NCBI GenBank assembly: GCA_024679065.1 | Contig: JAGIQG010000009.1 | Location: forward strand, 96,658,001 to 96,722,000 | Source of the DNA: Sphyrna mokarran | Taxonomy: Eukaryota | Direction of reading: 5' to 3' | DNA length: 64,000 nucleotides | In this document: positions 47,101-59,100 of the stretch, in pieces | How the letters are laid out: each line of letters begins with the position of its first letter | How positions within the stretch are numbered: the stretch's first letter is position 1 | Notes under the pieces: generated by a model | The model's database searches: none | What the model saw: the letters and a program-made list of their open reading frames with translations, nothing else | What the model was told of the DNA's origin: nothing | Program-made: the position numbers and the translations under genes

Positions 47101-50100
47101 CGGTAGAGTCATACGAGGTTTATAGCGTGGAAACAGGCCTTTTAGCCCAATTTGTCCATGCTGCCCTCTCTTTTAAAACCCCTAAGCTAAGCCCAATTGC
47201 CCACATTTGGCCCATATCCCTCTATACCCATCGTACTCATGCAAATATCTAAATGCTTTTTAAAATACAAAATTGTACCTGCCTCTACTACTACCTCTGG
47301 CAGCTTAATTCAGACACTCGCTGCCCTCTGTGTGAAAAGAATTGCCCCTTTGGATATTTTTGTATCTCTCCCCTCTCACTTTAAACTTATGTCCTACCTT
47401 TGGGAAAGGATATAGACTAGCCAACTGATCTGTGCCTCTCATTATTTTACACACCTCTATAAGATCAACCCTCAGCCTCCTACGCTCCAGAGAAAAAAAT
47501 CCCAGTCTATCCAGCCTCTCGTTATAACTCAAAATATTAAGTCCCAGTAGCATCCTAGTAAATTTTTCTGCACTCTTTCTAGTTTAATAATATCCTTTCT
47601 ATAATTGGGTGACCAGAATTGCACACAGCATTCCAAATGTAGCCTTACCAATGTCTTATACAACTTCAGCAAGACGTCCCAAGTCCTGTATTCAATGTTC
47701 TGACCGATGAAACCAAACATGCCGAATGCCGTCTTCGTCAGTCTGTGTACCTGTGACTCCACTTTCAAGAAGCTATAAACATGTACCTCTAGATCTTTTT
47801 GTTCTATAACTCTTCCCTGTTGCCTCAGGCACTGTTTGGATCACATTTGGAGAATTGCACTCAGCTCGAGGCAGGAGAGGGACGATCTGTTGGCTGCGGA
47901 TGGTCACAATCCTGATTCCCCAGAATGAAATTTGGGTTTGATTTCTAAGTTGTTGGAAGGGTTTGGCCCTTACATTGGGAGAAATTGTTCCTTCTGGTGA
48001 GACACGTGTGAGACCTGATTCTGAAACTAGAGATCTGAAATCAAAGAGTTATTTTCACAAAGGAGTGATGGAAACTTGAACTCTTGCCAATAAAGTTGTT
48101 CAAGTGAGGAAAACGGAAACCTTTGAAATAGAGATTTGGTGGGCCACCCCAGGGCAATGATAGGAAGGCACGTGGAATGTTGACAGATTCGTGGAGTTAG
48201 GATTCAACCCCACCATGGCCTTGTTGAACGATGATGTGTTTTTGCAGTGCTGAATGGAGTGGTCATGTTCACTCTGACACAATGCTCCCATCTGACTTGC
48301 TATCCTCTCTCCACAGAGAAAACAAAACCTATAGCAGTTCTGTTGCTAATCCTGTTAGTCAGCACAGTGGTGGAACTGGGTGTCTTTCTCAGCGTTGCAC
48401 TCTACTGTTTGAGGTTACGCAGAGTGAGAGGTAAGAGCATGCATCTTTTGCTGATTTGCAAATATTATGGTTGTGAAATATTGCTGTGGAATTGGATAAT
48501 GATTGAGGTATTCAGTTAACCGCTCTACTGGTATATGAGAGAATGACTGGGGTAATGTATTAGGGTCACCACTTGACCAGGGACACAGTGAAGGTCAGTG
48601 AAAACCGCACCCTAGTTTAAGGGTAATGTGATGATTTGACCGCGTGGATAATGCCTATAAATTTAAGAGTTTTGGAAATGTGCCGATGGGGAATCTATCT
48701 TCAGTTCTGAATGATAGCTAATTTCAGTTAGCTCATGATGTTGGTGATAGTTATTATTATTAATTCCTAGAAGTAAAATCGAATTGACACCTTTTCAGGG
48801 AAATTACAAATGGATTAGAAAGATTACCTTTACAAGCAAGTAACTGAAAGGAAATGCATCCTGAAACAATGCCACACACCGAATGAAATTATGGTAACAC
48901 TCCATAGTTTGTGTGCAACAGGGTAGGAATTTGATCTAGACAAATGATCATTTGAATTAGGAACAAGGATAGACCATTTGGCCTCTTCGGCCTAGTCCAC
49001 CATTCAATAAGATCATGGCCAATCTGGTTGTGGCCTCACTTTGCCCACCTCTTGATAACCTCTGACTGCTCCTAACCCCTCCTTTAATTAAGAATCTATC
49101 AACTTCTGCCTCAGAAGAAACATTGACCTTGTTTCACTGCCATCTGGGAAAGAGAGTTCCACAGATTTGACTTTATCAGAGAAAATAATTCTTCTCGCCT
49201 CTATCTTAATTGGGAGTCCTCTTATTTTTAAATGGTGTCAGCTAGTTCCAATCTCTCTCACAAGGAGAAACAGCTTTTAAGTAGCTGTTAAGTCCCGTTG
49301 AGATCTTCTCTGATTCACCAAGATCACAGCTCAATCTTTTAAACTCCACTGAATATAATACAGCCTGTTCAACCTTTTCTCATAAGGTGTCCCTTCACCC
49401 TCATCCTGTGTATCTGTCAAGTAAATGTCATTTAGGGCGGCACGGTGGCATAGTGGCCAGAGCACTGTTGCCTCACCGTTTAGGGGACGTGGGCTCGATT
49501 CCAGCCTTGGGTCACTCTCTGTGTGAAGTTTGCACATTCGCCCTGTGTCTGCATGAGTTTTCTCTGGGTGCTCCGGTTTCCTCCCACTGTCCAGAAGATG
49601 TACAGGTTAGGTGCATTGGTCATACCAACTTGCCCCTTAGTATCCCTGGTATGTAGGTTAGAGGGATTAGCAGGGTAATATGTGGGGTTACAGGAATAGG
49701 GTCTGGGTGGGATTTTGTCAGTGCCGACTCAATTGGACAAATGGTTTCCTTCTGCACTGTAGGGATTCTATGACTTATATCCTTACTTATTAAGGAGACT
49801 AAAACTATATATAGTATTCTACATGTGATTTCACCACCATCCTCTGCAACTGTAGCAAAATAGCCCTACTTGGATATGTTGTCACTCTTGCAGTAAATTA
49901 CAACTTTCCATTTAACATTGCAACGTTAACACAGAATAGTCAGTATCAGCTGGCTGTCTGTTACAACATTCAGTCATTTTACCTCCTTATTCATTCATGA
50001 GATGTGTGCACCATTGGCAAGGTTGGTATTTATTGCCCATCGCTAATTTATCCTTGAGACAACTGTACGGTTTGTGATGTTATTTCAGAGGGCAGTAACA

Positions 50101-53100
50101 GCTGCTCTGATGGTAGTGGGTTATTGTTGGTATTTGTTTACAATGTCAGAGGGCAGCAATGATACAAGTGGATCTGGAGTGATTACATTTCTATCCAGAT
50201 CAGGTAAGGTGAGAAGATTTCCTCACTAAAGGGTATGAGTGAACCAGCTTGGTTTTACTAGATAGTTTTGCAACACGTTTCCACAAAATTAGCCTGGGTC
50301 TCTTGGATTATTGGTATGGAGATGCCGGCGTTGGACTGGGGTAAACATAGTAAGAAGTCTGACAACGCCAAGTTCAAATCCAACCGATTTATTTGATAGT
50401 AAACTCGCAAGCTTTCGGGTTTTGCCCCTTCGTCAGGTGAATGGAGAGTAAACTGTCTATGCTGTTATACGCTCTGTCCGAGGCCAGAGGGGCAAACCCC
50501 AAAAGCTTGCGAGTTTACTATCAAATAAATTGGTTAGACTTAAACCTGATGTTGTCAGACTTCTTACTGCCTCTAGATTATTGGCACAGCAACACGACAA
50601 TAGCACAGTGGTTAGCACTGGTGCCTCACAGTGCCAGGGTCCCAGATTCAATTCTGGCCCCGAGGTCACTGTCTGTGTGGAGTTTGCACTTTCTTTCCAT
50701 GTCTGCGTGGGTTTCCTCTGGGTGCTCCGGTTTCCTTCCCACTACAAAGATATGCCTGTTAGGTTGATTGGCTGTGCTAAATTGACCCTAGTTTCAGGGG
50801 GATTAGCACGGTAAGTGTATGGGGTTCGGTAGTAAGGCCTGTGTGGAATTGTGGTTGGTACAGACACAATGGGCTGAATGGCCTCCTTCTGTATTGTAGG
50901 ATTCTATGACTGTGCAACCAAATCCATTTCCCAGACAAGCTCTGATCACTGGTTAGTGCATTGGCTGTTCGTTCATCCATCCGTCCATCCATCCGTCCCT
51001 CCCTCTTTCCATCCATCCATCCACCAGTTCTAAATAATGTCCATGTCAAAAAACAGTGCACTGTGTGCCGGAGAAGATCAGAATTGTAATTAGGACAAAG
51101 TAATGTGTACCACCTAAATACATTTTCATTTACAATCTTCACAAGAACACAAAGATTCTTTGTGTTCAGATTCTGTATTGGCAGATTATCTTTAATCACA
51201 CAGAACATTGTGAATTTCTATTGTATTCCAGAAATAAAATAGAATCAGCAGCATACTATCGATCCACAATAAACTGTAATAGATCAAGAGGTTTTACTTC
51301 TGCATCCAAGCCTCTAGATATTTGAAAACTTAGGGGGCTTTACCATATCAAAAAAGAAACATGATAATGGATAACAAATGTTCTGTATTTTGGCCAAGAA
51401 CAGAGATGTATCGGGTTTTTAACACACTGAAGGAACCCACCTGGTGCATCTCTAACCGAGTGTTTTTTGGTGTCAAACAACCCCCCAAATGAAGAATATA
51501 TAGAAAGGGCTTAGGAGAGCTAGGAGGGGGCATGAGAGATCCTGGGTGGGTTGGATAAAAAAAAACAAGGCTTTTTACTCTTGAGTCAGAAATAGAAGAA
51601 TGATCAGGGTGAGGTTGCGGCCAATCAAGGATAGTAGCGGGAACTTGTGGATGGAGTCAGAAGAGGTAGGTGAGGCATTGAATGAATACTTTTCTTCAGA
51701 GTTCACTAAGTAGTGGGGCGATAGGATCAAGGAGGTAGATGTTCTGAGGGAAGATGTATTAGCAATTTTGAAAAACCTGAGGGCGGATAAATCCCCTGGG
51801 CCAGATGGGATACATCCTAGGATCCTTTGGGAGGCAGGGGATGAGATTGCGGAGCCTTTAGCTTTGATCTTTGAGTCCTCACTGTCCACAGGAATAGTGC
51901 CAGAGGACTAGAGAATAGAAAAAGTTGTTCCTCTTTTCAAAAAAGGAAATAGGAATGACCTTGGTAATTATAGGCCAGCTAGTCTTACTTCAGTGGTCGG
52001 TTAATGGAAAAGGTCCTGTGAGATAGGAGTTATGACCATTTGGAAAGATTCAGTTTAATCCGGAGTAATCAGCATGGTTTCGTGAGGGTAAGTCCTACCT
52101 CACAAATTTGATTGAATTTTTTTGAGGAGGTAACTAAGTGTGTGGATGAAAGTAGAGCAGTAGATGCAATATACATGGATTTTAGTAAGCTGTTTGATAA
52201 GACTCCCCATGGTAGGCTCATGAAGATGATAAGGAGGTGTGGGATAGAAGGAAATTTGGCTGACTGAATAACTGGCTGTATCATAGAAGTCATGATGTGG
52301 AGATGTTGGCTTTGGACTGGGGTAAACACAGTAAGAAATCTGACAACACCAGGTTTAATCCAACAGATTTATTTGATAGTAAACTCGCAAGCTTGCGGGG
52401 TTTGCCCCTTTGTCAGGCGAATGGAGAGTTCTGGCCTCAGACAAAGCATATAACAGCACAGACAGTTTACAGATTACTGATTAGAATGTGAATCGAATGC
52501 GAGAAAATTCATATTCTAATCAGTAATCTGTAAACTATCTGTGCTGTTATATGCTCTCTCTGAGGCCAGAACTCTCCATTCGCCTGACGAAGGGGCAAAC
52601 CCTGAAAGCTTATGAGTTTACTATCAAATAAATCAGTTTGGACTTAAACCTGGTGTTGTCAGACTTCTTACTGTGTATCATAGAAGACAGAAGCTGATGG
52701 TGGAGGGAAATTTTTCATGCTGGAGACCAGTACTACAGGTGTACCACAGGGGTCAATGTTGGGTCCTCTGCTTTTTGTGATTTTTTTTATCAATGACTTG
52801 GAAGAATGGGCTGAAGGGTTGGTTAGTAAATTTGCTGATGATACCAAGATTGGTGGAGTATTGGATGAGGTGGAGGGCTCTTGCAGGCTGCAAAGAAACA
52901 TTGATAGGATGCAGAGCTGGGCCAAAAAATGGCAGATGGAATTTAACCCTGATAAGTGTGAGGTGATTCATTTTGATAGGACAAACTTGAATGCAAATTA
53001 CAGGGTCAAAAGCAGTATTCTAAGGAATGTGGAGGAACAGAGAGATCTTGGGGTTCATATCCACAGATCTCTGAAGGTTGCCACTCAAGTGGATAGATCT

Positions 53101-56100
53101 GTGAAGAAGGCTTACAGTGTGTTAGTGTTTATTAACAGGAGGTTTGAGTTTAAGAGCTGTGGGGTTATGCTGCAACTATACTGAACATTGGTGAGACCAC
53201 ATTTGGAAATATTGTGTTCAGTTCTGGTCACCTCATTATAAGAAGGATGTGGAAGCATTGGAGAGAGTGCAGAGGAGATTTACCAGGATGCTGCCTGATT
53301 TGGAGGGTAGGTCTTATGAGGAAAGGTGGAGAGAGCTGGGGCTTTTCTCATTGGAGCGGAGGAGGATGAGAGGCAACTTAATCAAGGTTTATAAGATGAT
53401 GAGAGGGATTGACAGAGTGGACGTGCAGAGGCCATTTCCTCGGGTGGGTATTGCTGTTACTAGCAGGCATAACTATAAAGTTCATGGTGAAAAATATAGG
53501 AGGGATGTCCGAGGTAGTTTCTTCATCCAGAGAGCGGTTGGGATGTGGAATAGACTATGTGCTGTGATAGTGGAGTTGGACACTTTAGGAACTTTCAAAC
53601 GGTTGTTGGATAGGCACATGGAGCACTCCAGAATTATAGGGAGGGGATAGCTTGATCTTGGGATTGGACATAGCTCGGCACAACATTGCGGGCCGAAGAG
53701 CCTATACTATACTGTAATGTTCTATGTTCTATGTTTTATGTTTTATGAGTATCTACTCTGCTCACAATACAGTGTTTAGGTCAGGAGATAATATAAAAGC
53801 AGTTTGCCCTTCATGCTAAGGAGTTAATTTCAGCCACAAGTTAGAATTTGAAACAGGGAAAATCATAGAATCCTTACAGTATAGAAGGAGACTATTCGGC
53901 CCATCAAGTCTATATCGACCACAATCCCACCCCTGTCCTATTCCTAGGACCTCTCATATTTACTTTGCTAATTCCCCGATGTGAGAATCACTTTAGCATG
54001 GCCAATCAGCCTAACCCGCACATCTTTGAGCTGTGGGAGGAAACTGGAGCACCCGGATGAAACCTATGCAGACATAGGGAGAACGTGGAAACTCTACACA
54101 GCGACCCGAAGCTGGAATTGAACATGGGTCCCTGGCACTGAGGCAGCAGTGCTAACCACTGCACCCATCATAAATATATCTTTTTGTTTCATTTTTAAAA
54201 ATGAAACAAGCAACATCATTTTGCTTTCACTGGAGCGAAAGAGGTTGAGGGGAGACCTGATAGAAGTCTATAAGGTCATAAGAGGCATGGACAGAGTAGA
54301 TAGTCAGAAGCTTTTACCTCGGGTGGAAGAGTCAATTACTAGGGTGCACAGGTTTAATGTGCGAGGGTTAACTTTTAAAAGAGATATACAAGCAGATTTT
54401 TTGCAGGGTGGTGGGTGCCTGGAACTCGTTGTCAGGGGAGGTAATGGAAGTGGATAGAGTAGTGAATTTTAAGGGGCGTCTTGACAAGTACGTGCATGAG
54501 ATAGGAATAGGGGGATATGGTCCTAGAAGCGTAGGGGGTTTTAGTTAAGATGGGCAGCATGATCGGTGCAGGCTTGGGGGGGGGGGCCAAAGGGCCTGTT
54601 TCTGTGCTGTAATTTTCTTTGTTCTTTATCAGGTAACCTAATTGATTGTGAAATACAACTGAAATAAATTGCGTTAAGATAGACTTTTTTTCTAAATGCA
54701 CTAAGGATCTGCTTCAAGCAGTTTAAAATAAGCACTGATTTCTCTTCCTGTGATTGCTGAAAAAAGCAGCATCATTTATTTAATTTTGGCACAGGAACAG
54801 AGTAGCTTCATCATTGATTTAACTGTTGAGTTTTAAAAACAAGTGTTTGATGCCACTTCTAAAGTGGTTTAAAATGTTGAACCCCAGCTGAAGATATTTT
54901 GCATTGTGACTACTGCTTCCTAACCAGCTCTACACCAATTCCCATTTACAACTGTGTATGAGGGCTATATCTCCCCCCCCCCCTCCCCCCCCCGTATGCT
55001 TTACAGTTAACAACGTAACTCTATTTCAATTCTCCAAAGATATGTGGGTTAGGCTGATTTGCCATGGCAAATTGCCCCTTAGTGCCATGGGGATAGGCAG
55101 GGTAAATATCATTGAATCATAGAATCCCTACAGTACAGAAAGAGGCCACTCAGCCTATCGAGTCTGCACCAACAACAATCTCACCCAGGCCCTACCCCCA
55201 TATCCCTACATATTTTACCCAGTAACCCCTCTAACCTATGCATCTCAGGACACTAAGGGGCAAATTTATTAGCATGGCCAATCAACTTAACTCGCACATC
55301 TTTGGACTGTGGGAGGAAAGTGGGGCACCCAGAGGAAACCCATGCAGACACGAGGAGAATGTGCAAACTCCACACAGACAGTGACCCAAGCCGGGAATCG
55401 AACCAAGGTCCCTGGAGTTGTGAAGCAGCAGTACTAACCACTGTGCTACCATGAGGATAGGGACCTGGCTGGGATCATTGTTGGTGCAGGCTCAATGGGC
55501 CGAATGCCCTCCTTCTGCACTATAGGAGTTCTATGTAACCAGACAAATAAAATCTTGCCATAGATTCAGATTAGACATTTGTAATAAACTTATCGTTTGT
55601 TGCATCAGGGACTAAGGACGCAGTGCACCCAGTCCTTCTTCTTTGCAACCCCCCCAAAAAACTTGTAGCTGAAACCACAGTTCCAGTAAAAGATCTTACC
55701 TTGGAAACTCTTCAAGCTTCTTTGTTTCATTACCTCATTTCTTGTAGTGAAACATGGTGTATTGTCAACCTCAACTCCATCTGCTATTTCCAAAATCTTC
55801 CCCAAAAGTTGCCCACACTAACAGCAGCACAGTATGGTATGGGTTGGCCCAAACCATGGAGAGTGTGACCAGGTCTTTCTCGTGAACCTCCTCTGGAGAA
55901 GCTTCAGAGGAGGTTCACCAGAATGATTTCACGAATGAAAAACTTAATGTATGAGGAGAGTTTGAGGACTCTGGGTCTATAATCAATGGAGCTTAGAAGG
56001 ATGGTGGTGGGGGTGGGAAGAGGGGGGTGAATCTCATTGCAATTTACAGAATATTGAAAGGCTTGGATAGAGTGGACATGAGAAAGGTTATTCCATTCTT

Positions 56101-59100
56101 AAGAGAGACTAGGATCAACCTCAGAATAATAATTGGTGGCACAGTGGTTAGCACTGCTGCCTCATAACATCAGGACCCAGGTTCAATTCCAGCTTCAGGT
56201 CATTGTCTGTGTGAAGTTTGTACTTTCTCTCTGTGTTCATGTGAGTTTCCTCCCGGGGTGCTCTGGTTTCCTCCCACATTCCAAGATGTGCAGTTTAAGT
56301 TGATTAGCTATGCTAAATTGACCCTAGTTTCAGGGGATTGGCAAGGTAAATGTGTGGGGTTATGGGAATAGGGCCTGAATGGGATTGTGGTTGGTCCAAA
56401 CACGACGGGCTGAATGACCTCCTTCTAGAATGTAGGGGTGTCTAGAACTTTATGATAAAGAAATGACTCTTTAGAATCAAGATGAGAATGAATTTCTTTA
56501 GACAGAGGGTGATGAATCTGTGGAATTTATTGCCACAAAATGCTGTGGAGGCCAAGTCATTGAGTATATCTGAGACAGAGATAGATAGGTCCTTGATTAA
56601 TAAGGGGATTAAAGGTAATGGGGAAACAGTGGGAGAATGGGGACTGAGAAACTTATCAGCCATGATCGAATGGACTCGATGGGTTGAATGGCCTAATTCT
56701 TATGGTTTTATGCTGTTCAGTGGGTAGTGGAGCAGCTTCCAGGACAGAAAGCTCTGGTGCAGGGAATGTTTATTACTCTTACTCAGGATCAAATCTGGCA
56801 TCTCCTGGTTCCACATGAGGAAATCATCTAGTATGGCCTACATCTTCCTGAAAAATGAAATATTATGCCCCCCACTTCCTGCACCCCCATGAAAATCTCT
56901 CAAAATTTCCCTTAGACCACCCCTTAATTGCTTTCTCTTTATATGGTGCATGTTTCTTGTACATATTGATTCACTTGGCACAACTGATGATTTTGAAGCG
57001 TTTCTCCATGTCCTGGGATCATGCTGTGCTTTGGCTCATCAATCTCCAGCTTTATTTTATCCAAAGGTTTAAAATGGCAGAATAAAGAGAGCGATATAAT
57101 GGAGGAATTAGTGGGGGCCATACAGGAGGGCAGGGTGAGAGGGAGAAAAGGGTTTGTAGGAGGTACAGTACCATGCAGGGAGGTGTATGAGGGAGATTGG
57201 AACAAGAAGGAGGTATTTAAGGGAGTGATGCACAACACAGAGCACGTGTGAGTAAGGAAAAGTGGTTAGTCCTCCTGCTTCACTGCACCAAGGGACCCGG
57301 GTTCGAGTCCCAGTTTGGGTCATTGTTGGCACATTCTCCCCTTATCTGCGTGGGCTTCCTCTGGGTACTCCGGATTCCTCCTATAGTCCAAAGGTGTGTG
57401 AGTTAGGTGGATTGGCTATGCTAAGTTGCCCCTTCGTGTTGGCAGCGGCAGGGGTGCTAGCTAAGGTAAAATGCACGGGATTATGTGGATAGGGCTTGGG
57501 TGGGATTGTGGTCAGTGCAGACTTGATGGGCCGAATGGCCTAGTTCTGAACTGTAGAGATTCTACTCTATAAATGGATTGATGGAGAGAGTGGTACGAGG
57601 GTTTGTGGTATGTAATACAATTTCCTTTTTTTTTGTTTCCTTGTTCATTAGATCTTCAAAAGGCCCAAAGGTGAGTAATTGTCAGCATGTATGCATCCAT
57701 TATTTGTAAATTCACACCAATAACATTTAAAGAGATTGAAGAAGTTTTCAACCAAAGTTTGGTGGGTTGGGGGAATACAGGGGTTGGAATTCATTGCATG
57801 AAACAGCAATCATGACCAAAACACTCACCACTTCAAAACAAAAGGTAATTGCATGCTTGGTTAGGTGGATTGGTCTTCCTAAATTGTCCCTTGGTGTCCC
57901 AAAGCAAAATAAAAATGCTGGAAAATCTCAGCAGATCTGGTAGCATCTGTAAAAAGAAAAAAGAGATGATGTTTCAAGTCCAGATGACCCTTTGTCAAAA
58001 CTGGTTAGAATTGGGCATGTGGACTCAAAATGTCAGCTCTTTTCTCTCCTTGCAGGTGCTGCCAGACCTGCTGAGATTTTCCAGCATTTTCTCTATTGGT
58101 TTCAGATTCCAGCACCCGCACAAATTTGCTTTTACCCTCATGTGCCAAGTTGTGCAGGTAAAGTGGATTGGGGGTTAAGGAATTCGGGTTGCGGTGGGGC
58201 GGGGGAAGGACGCAGAATCGGGGTTAAGAAGGTTAAATTGTGATTGGGGGGGATGTTGCTGGGTAAGATGCAGAGTCAGTACCTTTTCAATGGGCTGAAT
58301 GACCTCCTTCTGCACTATAGAGATTCTATGCAATTGAGATGGCACAACCTAAAGAGCTGCGGACTGGAGGAGTCAGCTTTAGCTGGATACCTCATTTATA
58401 GCTAGCAGAGACAAGATGGGCTGAATAGTCTGCTTCTGTGCCTTAAAGCTTTCAATGTTTAGCATCTTATGAGAAAATGTGGTTGAGTCTTTTTTGTTAA
58501 TATTCTTCCCTTGCAGACAAAGCACAATTATCCCAGAAAACACTTGCAAGGATGGTAAGTTATATCGGATTTTATGCCGTGGACAAACATTTAAATTTCT
58601 ATAGGGTCATTAGAACCAAAATTGTTCAATTTCAATGGTTTGCTTCAAATGCATTGAAAAGGTTACAATTCAAAATTATGGGTCATGCACTGCAGTTATC
58701 TTAACTCATTTAACTTTCCTTTTGAATTGAACACTTTCACACTTGTCATGGTATACATGTCTTCCCCCTCTGCGTGGTGTGGTTTTTTTTACACCAAGGC
58801 ACCGCTTTTCTCTACTATGTAACATTTTTTTTCATTCATTCATGGGACATTGGCTGGTCAGCATTTGTTGCCCTTGGAGGGCAGTTGAGAGTCAACCACA
58901 CTGCTGTAGCTCTGGAGTCACATGTAGGCCAGACCAGGTAAGGATGGCAGATTTCCTTCACAAAGGACATGAGTGAACCAGACAGGTTTTTCCGAAATCA
59001 GCAATGGTTTTAGGGTCATTGATAGATTCTGAATTCCAGATTTTTTTTTTAATTGAATGCAAATTTGACTTTCTGCCATGGCGAGATTTGAACCCAGGGT

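Noticed and set aside
48799-48893. Internal coding exon ending at ATG|gtaac
   Set aside because: It has stop codons in all three frames; retained only as a possible short terminal exon.
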